DNA from: Bacteroidales bacterium
GTDB lineage: Bacteria; Bacteroidota; Bacteroidia; Bacteroidales; F082
Assembly: GCA_045612345.1 (NCBI GenBank)
Contig: JAZKYV010000040.1
Location: 13,749 to 77,748, forward strand
Direction: 5' to 3'
Length of the DNA: 64,000 nt
Each line of letters opens with the position of its first letter. Positions within the stretch are counted from its first letter, which is position 1. The notes below the pieces were generated by a model. It searched no databases, was not told the DNA's origin, and saw nothing but the letters and a program-made list of their open reading frames with translations. The position numbers and the translations under genes were made by a program. Positions 1-9,433 of this stretch are shown here, one piece after another.

Positions 1-131
1 AATTGCTCAATAATGAAGAAGAACGTAAACGACGCATAACATCAAGCATGGAATACGTTCAAAAATATAAAGGAACAAACATTGCTAATGCCGTCATTGA
101 AGTTTATAAGAAGTTGAAAACTGAAAATTGA
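1..131 (+). CDS. 3' end of a CDS entering from upstream (C-terminal fragment, glycosyltransferase-like tail)
   Basis: The frame is open from the window edge (phase of nt 3) and reads ...NIANAVIEVYKKLKTEN*, with TGA at 129-131. The product guess rests only on a GT4-like ...EVYKKL C-terminal pattern. The last codons lie inside a heptad repeat array. Confidence 0.35.
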   Translation, partial: LLNNEEERKRRITSSMEYVQKYKGTNIANAVIEVYKKLKTEN

Positions 132-182
132 AAATTGAAAGTTAGCACGACTTCCAATTTTCCATTTTCAACTTTCAATTTT
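114..182. repeat. Inverted pair of tandem 7-bp word arrays (YTGAAAR)x4 / (TTYCAAY)x4, an imperfect hairpin
   Basis: Read directly: ttgaaaa ctgaaaa ttgaaaa ttgaaag, spacer ttagcacgac, then ttccaat tttccat tttcaac tttcaat. It overlaps the stop codon of the upstream partial CDS. Confidence 0.85.
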
Positions 183-187
183 AAACT

Positions 188-219
188 AAAAAAAGAGCTG
201 CTTTAAAGCAGCTCTTTTT
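188..219. terminator. Bidirectional rho-independent terminator
   Basis: Perfect palindrome GAGCTGCTTT/AAAGCAGCTC (195-214) with an A-run on one side and a T-run on the other, between convergent genes. Confidence 0.8.
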
Positions 220-220
220 A

Positions 221-245
221 CTTAGTGTCTTAGAGTCTTGGTGAC
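221..245. repeat. Tandem 8-bp word array (CTTRGWGW)x3, reverse complement of the GACACCRA family
   Basis: cttagtgt cttagagt cttggtga c. It ends 1 nt before the stop codon (246-248) of the minus-strand T9SS protein gene. Confidence 0.8.
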
Positions 246-2792
246 TTATTTCTTTACAATCTTAACCATTGTCTCATCAACGCTGATGAAATACATACCT
301 GCGTTAAGGTTTGAGATGTTGATTGTGTTGATGCCTTCGCTGATGTTTTGTTGTGAAAGCATTTGACCGTTGACAGAATAAATCTTGACAACTGCGTCTT
401 TTGCACTTTCTATTGTAACGAAATCTTTAGCAGGATTTGGATACATAGTGAAAACTACTTCATTGTTTTCTGCTACAGATACTGTGAGTGTTGCAGTAGC
501 AGTTGCTTTTTCTGATTCGCCGTCTTCATAAACAGCTGTTACAGCGTAGTTATATATACCTGATTCCAAGTCTTCGTCAACGTATGATGTTTTTGCTGTA
601 TTGCCGATCAAAGCATCATTTCTGTAGATATTGTATTTTGTTGGTTCTGCATTGAATGGAGCATTCCATGTCAATTCAATATCATTATCGCTAACTACTA
701 TTGCTTCAAGATTTGATACAGGTGTGAATTGGTCTGCAAGTTGGTAATATTTTGCAGAAGCCTTGCTGCCCATAGCGATATCTGTATAAACGACACATGG
801 AGATTCTTTGTGTAATGTCATTGCCATGTAAGTGTCTGTACTTGATTCTGTGAAAGCTCTTTGACCGACATAAGACCATTCTGTTCCGTTATATTTCATC
901 ACAGAAACTTTGTCTCCGAAGCTGCCGTCAGCGTAAGCCACATAGAAGTTATTTTCGCTGTCTACAGCAACGTCGATGCCTTTAACTGTACCGTCTGCTA
1001 TGTTGTCGCCTAACATTTCCCAGTCAGCGCCGTTGTGACGATAAACTGCTAATTGTTCAGTACCTTTTACAACATAAGCGAGGTAGATGTTACCGTTAGC
1101 GTCGATTGCTACGTCTTGACAGTTTTTAGCGATGAAGTTTTCTTCAGATACTGGAGCGTTGCCTATTGTCAACCAGAGTTCGCCTACGAGTTTAGAGACG
1201 TACATCTTGTTGCCAGCGTAGAAGTCAACCCATGATACATAAGGAACGCCTTTGCTGTCGAGAGCCAATCTTGACCATGAGCCACCGCCTGAAGTGATGT
1301 AGCTGCCCATTGTCTCCCAGTTGCCGTTTTTATATCTGTTCAAGTAGTAACGGTTGTTTTCACCAGCATCGTTAAATGCTACATAAACGCTGTTTTGTGC
1401 GTCAACAGCAATCTTTGGAACTGAACCGATCTTACCGATGTTGCTAACTTCTGACCATTCGTCATTAGCATATTTCATGACTTTAATCAAGTTGTTTGAC
1501 TTAAGGTTATATGTTACATATACACCGTCAGTACCAGCTGCGATGCTACCATCGTAACCCATTTCATCCATGATTATTGCTAACTTCTTCCATGTCTTGT
1601 TTTTATCATATCTGTAAAGGGTAGGGAAACCTGATTCATATAAGAATGTGTAGATATCACCATTGTAAGAACATGTTCCGAAGATGAAGCCGTAGCCTAC
1701 TTGTGTGAAAGCGCGTTCGCCTAATGTTTCCCAGCTTGCGTTCAAAGCGTCTTTAACAGTGATTGTGAATTCTTGGTAAGTTGCATCTGCGCCATCGCTG
1801 ACTTTCAATACTACTACATATTCGCCTGCTTGTGCTGGAACGCCAGAAAGTTTTGCTGACTTACGATCAATTTGTTTTAATGTCAACCATTCTGGTTTTT
1901 GTTCTACGCTTACGACAACATCTCTATTATCTGTATCGTGGAAGTATACATCATAGATATATTCTGTACCAGCTGGGACGTCTAAAACAGGAACTGAAGT
2001 GAATTTTGGAGCAGCGTTTGTTTTGCCGTTAGCATAAGCGCTTATGCCAGCATTGTCAACAGTGCCGTTTTCATTTAACACGATACCAACGACTCTGATA
2101 TAGTTGTGGTCATAAGCTTCTGGCAAATAATATGTAAATGTCTGAGCGAATGACTGACCTTTTGCAAGTGTCATTGGGAAACCTGTTTCGCCTTCATAAG
2201 GAGAGAGAAGCTGACGAGCTACGTGGTCGTAAGCAATTCTATAAGCAGGAACTGGGTTTGGAAGATTTTCAAAACCACCTACAGGGTAGTAGTAGTTTGA
2301 ATATTGGTTTGCTTGGTTATATTGAGAAGTTGTACCAGAGACAGCGTCTTCGCAAACAACGCCGCCAACTGTGTATGTGCCTTCCATATTTTCAAGAGCT
2401 GTGACTGTGACAATGGCTGTCAACAAACGTGTAGCTTCTTCGAATTGTGTTGTCACGACAACGCTTGCTTTTGGAGCATAGTTCATTTCATCCTGAACAG
2501 CAGCAAACCATTCGTCTGTGTTCTTACCAGTGAAACGACGACCGATGTTTGCTGATGGAGCTGAAGTGAGCTTTGCTTTTTCAAAGTAATCTTCGCATGC
2601 CATTACGTCGTTGGTATGTATTGCTATCGCAATAACATTGTCATAAGTATGCACCAATGAATCGATGTAGTAAATACCAGTAGGGCAATAGCTGCACCAT
2701 GTTCCGGTAACCTCTTCAAGAAGCACATTCTTTTGCGCTGTCAAAATGTTCAAAGACAACATTGCGCAAATAACAAGTAATAATTTCTTCAT
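246..2792 (-). CDS. T9SS-sorted multidomain surface protein with Omp28/thioredoxin-like N-domain
   Basis: 848 aa with a signal peptide (MKKLLLVICAMLSLNILTAQ). The N-domain has a CxxC (WCSYCP), followed by an Ig/He_PIG-like segment. There are repeated W-x-x-hG propeller-like units (NDEWSEVSNIG, KNGNWETMGSY, NGADWEMLGDN, NGTEWSYVGQ) and an FN3-like segment. The C-terminal T9SS sorting domain reads MYPNPAKDFV...GMYFISV...KIVKK. Confidence 0.8.
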   Translation of the reverse strand: MKKLLLVICAMLSLNILTAQKNVLLEEVTGTWCSYCPTGIYYIDSLVHTYDNVIAIAIHTNDVMACEDYFEKAKLTSAPSANIGRRFTGKNTDEWFAAVQDEMNYAPKASVVVTTQFEEATRLLTAIVTVTALENMEGTYTVGGVVCEDAVSGTTSQYNQANQYSNYYYPVGGFENLPNPVPAYRIAYDHVARQLLSPYEGETGFPMTLAKGQSFAQTFTYYLPEAYDHNYIRVVGIVLNENGTVDNAGISAYANGKTNAAPKFTSVPVLDVPAGTEYIYDVYFHDTDNRDVVVSVEQKPEWLTLKQIDRKSAKLSGVPAQAGEYVVVLKVSDGADATYQEFTITVKDALNASWETLGERAFTQVGYGFIFGTCSYNGDIYTFLYESGFPTLYRYDKNKTWKKLAIIMDEMGYDGSIAAGTDGVYVTYNLKSNNLIKVMKYANDEWSEVSNIGKIGSVPKIAVDAQNSVYVAFNDAGENNRYYLNRYKNGNWETMGSYITSGGGSWSRLALDSKGVPYVSWVDFYAGNKMYVSKLVGELWLTIGNAPVSEENFIAKNCQDVAIDANGNIYLAYVVKGTEQLAVYRHNGADWEMLGDNIADGTVKGIDVAVDSENNFYVAYADGSFGDKVSVMKYNGTEWSYVGQRAFTESSTDTYMAMTLHKESPCVVYTDIAMGSKASAKYYQLADQFTPVSNLEAIVVSDNDIELTWNAPFNAEPTKYNIYRNDALIGNTAKTSYVDEDLESGIYNYAVTAVYEDGESEKATATATLTVSVAENNEVVFTMYPNPAKDFVTIESAKDAVVKIYSVNGQMLSQQNISEGINTINISNLNAGMYFISVDETMVKIVKK

Positions 2793-2839
2793 AACTTTTT
2801 TGTTGATTTAATTAAGGGCACAAAGATAAAAAAAGTCTT

Positions 2840-4582
2840 TTAATAAACTTTCAATTTATCACCAGTTTGTTCTATGATTGCTCTATAATATTCATCGCTG
2901 AATTTAGGTTGTTCAACCTTTGGAGCATAGAACTTGTGGCTTTTTGGTGTTGCTTGAGCTGTCTTGACGTTGAAGTCCATATATTTTACAAATAAATATT
3001 TATAGAACTCTCTCCAGTCTGCAACCAATCTTTCAGCTTCTGTGCATGAGAATTTAGTGAGGAACTTAACAGCTTCTGCTGGATTTTCATTATACAATCT
3101 AGCTGCTTGTTCGTCGATGCGAGCTACTTCTTTAGCCCAGCCTTTTTCATAAGCTGCTTGGCGTTCAGCGATTTCTGGTTGGATGTAACGATATTTTGTA
3201 TAAGCCCAGTTTGTAACTTGGTTGAATGCCCAGAATGCTGATGTCTCTGAGAATTCCATGATGCTGCCGTTGCCAACACTGTATGCCTTAGGTGTTTCTG
3301 TCATACATGTGTACATTGGGCAATATACTGTGCTTGCTGCATCGTCAACGCCGAACCAGATGATACCGCCGATTTCAGCGATTGTGTTAGGACGACATTG
3401 TGCTACAAATGAGAAAGCTGTCTGTTGTGTTGCTGTTGCACGTTCGTGAACATATTCAACGCCGTCAACTTCCCAGCCCATTGGACGTGGTCTGTAAGGA
3501 CAACCGAATGGACCAGCGCCGATGTCTTGAGTCATGTCGAGTTCTGTTCCTTCAAGGTGGTCACGCATAAATGCCATAACATCTAAAAGGCTGACTTTTT
3601 CTGTTGGCTTAACCCAGAGAGGCATTCTGTTTGTTGGGAAGTTCTCAGGTGTTTGTGGCTGACCGCTTACATAAGGTTTTGCGCGGTTGATGTTTCTACC
3701 TGTTGCATAATCCCAGTATTGATCCATGCCGTCAACGATTTGGTTAAACATAGCCCAAACACGGATTTCACAAGCGCGAGCGCCGCTGAAGTCTACTGGT
3801 GCATAAACGTCTGAGAATGAGAATTTCTCATCTGGACCTGCGTATAAATTATTTTTCTTAGCGAATGAGATAACGTCAGCTGCGTAAACACAGTCGATGT
3901 TTTGATTCTTCAAAAGCTTGTCGATGTTCTTTGAAGTGATACTGTTTTTGTTTTGCTTGTTAGCTAATGGGAAAGTGGTAATACGAGCTTGGTTAGCGTG
4001 AGCTGAAACATAGCCGTCTGGCACACGGAGAGCTACCCAAACAGCGCCTGTCTCTTGACCTTTACCGATGAGTTCCATGATCCATACTTCGTTAGGGTCA
4101 ACGATAGAGAATGATTCGCCGTCGCTGATATAACCATAGTTAGCAACTAACTCAGCCATGACCTTGATAGCTTCACGAGCTGTCTTAGCACGTTGTAATG
4201 TGATGTAAATCAAGCTGCCGTAATCGATCAAACCATTAGGATTGCCTAAGTTTGGAAGTCCGCCGTAAGTTGTTTCTGCAATAGCGAGCTGCCATTCATT
4301 CATATTACCTACAACATTGTAAGTGTGAGCAACTTCTGGGATGCTGCCGAGATATCTTCCTGAGTCCCAATCGACGATTTGTCTCATTGTGCCTTCTGGA
4401 TAGTCAGCTGCAGGGAAATGATATAACTCGCCGTAAAGAACGTGAGAGTCTGCTGCGTAAGAAACCATAGATGTTCCGTCAACAGAAGCTCCCGGAGTGA
4501 TTAAGAAATTTGTACATGCCATAGCTGGTCTCACGAATGAAACTAAGCAGATAGCAACTAATAAAGTCAATACTCTTTTCAT
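2840..4582 (-). CDS. Peptidase family C69 dipeptidase (secreted)
   Basis: 580 aa. The signal peptide ends directly before a Cys nucleophile (PAMA|CTNFLITPGASVDGTSM), the Ntn-hydrolase signature of C69 dipeptidases. Confidence 0.8.
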   Translation of the reverse strand: MKRVLTLLVAICLVSFVRPAMACTNFLITPGASVDGTSMVSYAADSHVLYGELYHFPAADYPEGTMRQIVDWDSGRYLGSIPEVAHTYNVVGNMNEWQLAIAETTYGGLPNLGNPNGLIDYGSLIYITLQRAKTAREAIKVMAELVANYGYISDGESFSIVDPNEVWIMELIGKGQETGAVWVALRVPDGYVSAHANQARITTFPLANKQNKNSITSKNIDKLLKNQNIDCVYAADVISFAKKNNLYAGPDEKFSFSDVYAPVDFSGARACEIRVWAMFNQIVDGMDQYWDYATGRNINRAKPYVSGQPQTPENFPTNRMPLWVKPTEKVSLLDVMAFMRDHLEGTELDMTQDIGAGPFGCPYRPRPMGWEVDGVEYVHERATATQQTAFSFVAQCRPNTIAEIGGIIWFGVDDAASTVYCPMYTCMTETPKAYSVGNGSIMEFSETSAFWAFNQVTNWAYTKYRYIQPEIAERQAAYEKGWAKEVARIDEQAARLYNENPAEAVKFLTKFSCTEAERLVADWREFYKYLFVKYMDFNVKTAQATPKSHKFYAPKVEQPKFSDEYYRAIIEQTGDKLKVY

Positions 4583-4612
4583 ATCAAATAATTTAAAGTG
4601 TTAATAATCAAT

Positions 4613-5539
4613 TTATAATATTTCTCTAATTTGTCTTTCGTCAATTTCTAGCTGTCTCTTCAGTTCCTCGAGTCCATTGAATTTACGTTCGTCTCTAATC
4701 CTTTTCACGAAACGTATCTTGAGATCTTTTTCGTATATATCTCCATCAAAATCAAAGATATGTACTTCTATGCACTCTTCATCGCCAGCGTTGATAGTTG
4801 GTTTTTTTCCTATATATGTCATTGACTTATAAACCTGACCTTGCAAATCGACATAAGTGGCATAAACGCCAGGCATCTCTATCAAGCGGTATTCTTTCTC
4901 AACATCAAGATTAGCGGTACGATAGCCCAATTCTCTTCCTATCTTATTTCCGGAAACGACTTTTCCGACATACGAATATTGATAGCCGAGGAGCATGTTG
5001 GCATGTTCCACGTCGCCGCGTTGTAAAGAGATTCTAATCTTGGTAGAGCTAACAGCGATATTTTCAACATCGTGAGCCTCAATACGCTGTACCTCGAAAT
5101 TATATTGTTTTGCCAAGTCTTGCAACAAACCGAAATCGCCGGTTCTGTTCTTTCCGAAATGATGGTCATAACCGATGACGATCTTGGCTGGATTTATTGT
5201 TTCTATCACATAATCACGGATGAAGACGTCGGAAGGGACACGTGAAAACTCCTTGGTGAAATTCACAATGATAAGATTATCGATGCCAATATCTTCAAGA
5301 TGTTTTATCTTATCTTCTTGAGTAGTGATGAAGCGCAAGTTAGCGCTGTTGATATTGAGAACTTGTCGAGGATGTGGATAGAAAGTAATCACAACCGTCT
5401 CACCGCCAATCGCTTTCGCAGCATTCACCATATCGGACAGTATGGCACGATGTCCTTGATGCACGCCGTCGAAAGTACCAATTGTGACTATTGCATTAGG
5501 CACTTTTACAAAATCGGTGAAATTGTGATATATTTTCAT
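4613..5539 (-). CDS. ribF: Bifunctional riboflavin kinase / FAD synthetase
   Basis: 308 aa with a nucleotidyltransferase N-domain (GTFDGVHQGH) and a riboflavin kinase C-domain (IEVHIFDFDGDIY). The start overlaps the asd stop by 4 nt. Confidence 0.9.
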   Translation of the reverse strand: MKIYHNFTDFVKVPNAIVTIGTFDGVHQGHRAILSDMVNAAKAIGGETVVITFYPHPRQVLNINSANLRFITTQEDKIKHLEDIGIDNLIIVNFTKEFSRVPSDVFIRDYVIETINPAKIVIGYDHHFGKNRTGDFGLLQDLAKQYNFEVQRIEAHDVENIAVSSTKIRISLQRGDVEHANMLLGYQYSYVGKVVSGNKIGRELGYRTANLDVEKEYRLIEMPGVYATYVDLQGQVYKSMTYIGKKPTINAGDEECIEVHIFDFDGDIYEKDLKIRFVKRIRDERKFNGLEELKRQLEIDERQIREIL

Positions 5540-6525
5540 AAGTTAAAATTCTCGATTATATATTTTGCAATCTGCACTGCGTTTGTGGCCGCGCCTTTTC
5601 TGATATTGTCTGAAACCAACCAGATATTCAATCCTTTATCTATGCTGAAGTCGCGACGGATTCTACCTACGAAGACATCGTCTTTATCGTAAGCCATCAC
5701 TGGAGTAGGGTAGACATTCTCACTTGGATTGTCATAAAGCGTTACGCCTGGAGATGCAGACAAGATATTTCTAACTTCGTCTAAATCAAAGTCTTGTTCA
5801 AACTCGATATTGATGCTTTCAGAGTGACCTCCATAAACAGGCACGCGCACCACTGTAGCAGTGACAGCGATGTCAGAGTGCAAGATTTTATTTGTCTCGA
5901 AGACAAGTTTTTCTTCTTCAGCGGTATAGCCATTTTCCAAGAAATTACCACCGTGAGGAATCACATTCTCGTGAATCTGAGTAGGATAAGCAGGATTATC
6001 GCAGACTTCGCCCTTTTGTTCAAGAGCCAACTGGTTAAGACCCTTCTGTCCGCTTCCGCTCACTGACTGGTAAGTGGAAATCACCAGACGCTTGGCATTG
6101 TATCTCTTATGCAATGGAGCCAATGCCATCAACATACATATTGTAGTACAATTAGGATTTGCAATGATGTGGTTGTCAACACTGATGTCGGAGGCATTGA
6201 TTTCTGGCACTACGAGCGGCACGTTTTTGTCCTTACGCCATGCAGAGCTGTTATCGATGACGTATGTGCCGACCGCTGCGAATTTCTCGGCATACTTTAG
6301 CGAGACCTCTGCGCCTGCCGAAAAAATCGCGATGTCTGGTCGAGCTTCAACGGCCTGATCCATCGAGATCAATGTTAACTCCTTATCTTTATATGTGACT
6401 TTCTTTCCTATAGACTTATCTGATGCTGCAACTATGATCTCGTCAATCTGCAAATTTTGTTCAGCCAAAACCTGTAACATTTTCTGACCGACTAAACCTG
6501 TAGCTCCTATAACAGCGACTTTCAT
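5536..6525 (-). CDS. asd: Aspartate-semialdehyde dehydrogenase
   Basis: 329 aa with a Rossmann N-terminus (MKVAVIGATGLVGQ) and the active-site region IIANPNCTTI. Confidence 0.9.
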   Translation of the reverse strand: MKVAVIGATGLVGQKMLQVLAEQNLQIDEIIVAASDKSIGKKVTYKDKELTLISMDQAVEARPDIAIFSAGAEVSLKYAEKFAAVGTYVIDNSSAWRKDKNVPLVVPEINASDISVDNHIIANPNCTTICMLMALAPLHKRYNAKRLVISTYQSVSGSGQKGLNQLALEQKGEVCDNPAYPTQIHENVIPHGGNFLENGYTAEEEKLVFETNKILHSDIAVTATVVRVPVYGGHSESINIEFEQDFDLDEVRNILSASPGVTLYDNPSENVYPTPVMAYDKDDVFVGRIRRDFSIDKGLNIWLVSDNIRKGAATNAVQIAKYIIENFNL

Positions 6526-6713
6526 TTCTTAATAGATATTAATAAATAATGACCTTTTTTAGCTTATTTCGACCTCATTTTTAACACTTTTTAACACAAA
6601 AGTTAAAGTTAGTTAAAAATCAGTGCCTTATTAAAAAAAAGATATACTTTTACACGCAAAAATACGAATTTATTAGAAACCTTAAACGTACAAAATCGAA
6701 AAACCATAAAACT

Positions 6714-8438
6714 ATGAAACATATATTTATTTCATTGTTAATTATGATGTGTGCGCTGTATAATCACGCACAAATCATTCACGAAAACGAGGTCGTAATA
6801 AACGAAATCATGGCCGATCCAAGTCCGAGCGTCGCGCTTCCGGAATGGGAATACATCGAACTATATAATGCTTCCGAATCAGCAATAAATATCAAGAATT
6901 GGAAAATAATAATCGGGAAGAAAGAACTGCCGTTCAATGAGGATCTCATAATACAATCTGACGAATATCTCATCCTTTGCCATAATGACGCCCTCGATGA
7001 ACTGTCATCTTTCGGCGACTGTCACGGTTTCTCTTCTTTTCAGATAACGAACTCCGGAAGCAACATCACTTTGGTGGATGAAAATGAAAATCTCATCTCT
7101 ACCGTAAACTTCAACATCTCATGGCATTCAACGGCTTATAAAAAAGACGGCGGCTGGTCGCTGGAACAGATCGACGCCTTCAATCCATGTGCCGGGAAAA
7201 GCAACTGGGGCAGCTGCATCAACAAAAACGGAAGCACTCCTGGAGCAAAGAATTCAATCATAAACTCCAATGTCATCGTTCCCAAACTCGACCATATAAA
7301 TCCTAGTTCGTCTAATGAAATAGAGGTGTTCTTCAATCAGAATATGAATCTGAAAGACCTACAAAATATTGATAACTACATTATTAAAGAATTGAATCTA
7401 TATCCTGAAAAAGCAGAGACCACACAATATAAAAACGATTACGTCAAGCTAACTTTCGATTACATTTTCGAAGAAGATAAATTATACACACTCAATATCA
7501 ATAATGTGACAAACTGCAAAGACATTCCTCCAGAAAAAGAAATCGAAATCATGTTCGGGATGCCGTCAGAGGTAAGTCACAACGACATCATCATCAACGA
7601 AATATTATTCAACCCAATATATCCAGGAGTAGACTATCTGGAACTTTACAATCGTTCCGACAAAGTCATCGACTTAAAGGAAATAATGTTCGGAACCATA
7701 AAAGAGACTTTCCCGAATCATGCCGACACCACGCTTAAAGAGATATGTTCTGAAAGCCGAATCATGCTTCCTCATTCTTATATATTGATTTCTTCAGACA
7801 AAGAAATCGTCAGATATCAGTATGATGTTGAGGAAGACAACAACTTTCTTGATGTGGAGTCGTTTCCATCATTGACCAATGAAGAAGGTCATGTCATAAT
7901 ATGCGACAAAGGAAGAACTAAAATCGACGAGATGAAATATTCCGACAAGATGCATTACGATTTATTGTCTATAACACAAGGCGTTGCATTGGAACGCATC
8001 TCTACGGAAAATCCGTCACTCGATGAAAACAACTGGCATTCTGCTTCTTTTAACTTCAATTACGGAACGCCTGGATATAGAAACTCTATGGCAAAAGATG
8101 ATATTGCAAATAGTAATGAAAATGAAAACGAAATTAAAATCATACCGGAAATCTTCTCTCCTGACGGCGACGCCAAGGATGACATCTGCGGCGTTTACTA
8201 TAATCTTGACGATAACGGATATACTTTAAACATCAAGATTTTCAACTCTGACGGACTACTTATAAGGAATTTATTCAATAACAATCTCGTCAGCAAAGAA
8301 GGTGTCGTTTATTGGGATGGCAGCGATGACAACAATCGCTGCATCTCATCCGGAATCTATATCGTACAAACGGAAACCTTCGACTTGAACGGGAATGTGA
8401 AAAGAAGCAGAAATGTAGTGGTAGTAGCAAGAAATTAA
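6714..8438 (+). CDS. Lamin-tail-domain (LTD) protein with gliding-motility/T9SS type-B-like C-terminal domain
   Basis: 574 aa with a signal peptide and two LTD-like modules (VVINEIMADPSP...WEYIELYN and IIINEILFNP...DYLELYN). The C-terminus reads FSPDGDAKDD...IFNSDGLLIRNL...GIYIVQ. Confidence 0.65.
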   Translation: MKHIFISLLIMMCALYNHAQIIHENEVVINEIMADPSPSVALPEWEYIELYNASESAINIKNWKIIIGKKELPFNEDLIIQSDEYLILCHNDALDELSSFGDCHGFSSFQITNSGSNITLVDENENLISTVNFNISWHSTAYKKDGGWSLEQIDAFNPCAGKSNWGSCINKNGSTPGAKNSIINSNVIVPKLDHINPSSSNEIEVFFNQNMNLKDLQNIDNYIIKELNLYPEKAETTQYKNDYVKLTFDYIFEEDKLYTLNINNVTNCKDIPPEKEIEIMFGMPSEVSHNDIIINEILFNPIYPGVDYLELYNRSDKVIDLKEIMFGTIKETFPNHADTTLKEICSESRIMLPHSYILISSDKEIVRYQYDVEEDNNFLDVESFPSLTNEEGHVIICDKGRTKIDEMKYSDKMHYDLLSITQGVALERISTENPSLDENNWHSASFNFNYGTPGYRNSMAKDDIANSNENENEIKIIPEIFSPDGDAKDDICGVYYNLDDNGYTLNIKIFNSDGLLIRNLFNNNLVSKEGVVYWDGSDDNNRCISSGIYIVQTETFDLNGNVKRSRNVVVVARN

Positions 8439-8447
8439 ACATTAAAA

Positions 8448-8490
8448 TCTCAAAATTTTTGAGGTTCTGAGTTTCTGAATTTCTGAATCT
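8448..8490. repeat. Tandem 7-8-bp word array (TTYTGAR), reverse complement of the YTCARAA family
   Basis: tctcaaaatttttgagg ttctgag tttctgaa tttctgaa tc. It fills the gap after the LTD gene stop and encodes the last ~13 codons of the minus-strand DUF1893-like ORF. Confidence 0.8.
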
Positions 8491-8884
8491 TTAAAAATGC
8501 TCCTTGAGGATCGTCAATATCAATACAAAGCGTTTCCATCGGGCATAAGCCATCGCCTTTTCTGTTGATGATTCTATCTACGATTTTATCGTATGAGATT
8601 TTAATATTATGATTTTCAAATACAACAACAGCAGGTTTGCTGATGGTAGGAGTATATACTTCCTTGACGCCTGCGTAGACCATAAGCAAAGCAGCAGCTT
8701 TACCTATTACTTTATCAGCCACAATAGCACCTTGCAGCTGCGATGCGTCTTCGTTAAGAAGTTTTAATAATGGAGCAACGCCCCTGTCATTTGAAACTAT
8801 AACAGAGGCGTCACTTTTATATATCACTATAGTGTGATTTTCCTTTAATAAAATATCTTTTAAATCTTCAATATGCATAATCAT
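8450..8884 (-). CDS. DUF1893 (TM1506-like) domain protein
   Basis: A glycine-rich core (DKVIGKAAALLMVYAGVKEVY) is typical of DUF1893. I place the start at the ATG at 8882-8884 (MIMHIEDL). The longer track ORF start (8932) is encoded by repeat arrays. The C-terminal KIQKFRNSEPQKF is also repeat-encoded. Confidence 0.55.
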   Translation of the reverse strand: MIMHIEDLKDILLKENHTIVIYKSDASVIVSNDRGVAPLLKLLNEDASQLQGAIVADKVIGKAAALLMVYAGVKEVYTPTISKPAVVVFENHNIKISYDKIVDRIINRKGDGLCPMETLCIDIDDPQGAFLKIQKFRNSEPQKF

Positions 8885-8887
8885 GGT

Positions 8888-8947
8888 CAACAGACTACGG
8901 ACAACAGTCAACAGATTTTGTTCAGAGTTCAACGTTCAATGTTCAAC
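8888..8947. repeat. Two abutting heptad arrays: (CAGACTA/CGGACAA family) then (GTTCARN family)
   Basis: caacagactacggacaacagtcaacagat (8888-8916), then gttcagagttcaacgttcaatgttcaac (8920-8947). It lies between two co-oriented genes and contains the stop codon of ORF 8929-9432. Confidence 0.85.
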
Positions 8948-9432
8948 AAAAAATATGTTCCAAACAATTGCAATAACATTCCAGGAACACCGATTCTAAA
9001 GTCTTGAACAGCAAGGTAAAATGATGATGTAATAGCCCATTCTGCCAATGTACCGATACATTGGTATGCCAAAACAACGATTAAAAGATTTATTATTGAA
9101 ACCTTATGTGTCTTGCTTGCAATGAAAGATGCAGCCAATGCCAAGACCACTGATTTTATCAATATTGCAGGAAGGACAGCGAGAGCTGGCATCCCGAATA
9201 AGATAGAGTTTATCACCGGCGACAAGACCGCTGTCATCAAACCGACTTTCGCACCATATTTATAAGATGCTATTAAAGTGAAGAAATAAATTGGCAAGAA
9301 GATTCTGCCACCGTTAGGAATCAGATGGCACAGTTGAGGCAGCAAGATATTGCCAACAACAAATAAAAAGACAAACAGATAAGTCTTTAACTCATTTAAT
9401 CCGTAGTTATAAATCTTTATTTCTCTTTCCAT
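8929..9432 (-). CDS. Small polytopic membrane protein (ECF-transporter S-component-like)
   Basis: 167 aa with about 5-6 hydrophobic helices. Size and topology resemble ECF S components or ThiW-type carriers, but I recognised no specific motif. The start is 1 nt from the upstream gene stop. Confidence 0.4.
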   Translation of the reverse strand: MEREIKIYNYGLNELKTYLFVFLFVVGNILLPQLCHLIPNGGRIFLPIYFFTLIASYKYGAKVGLMTAVLSPVINSILFGMPALAVLPAILIKSVVLALAASFIASKTHKVSIINLLIVVLAYQCIGTLAEWAITSSFYLAVQDFRIGVPGMLLQLFGTYFLLNIER

Positions 9433-9433
9433 A

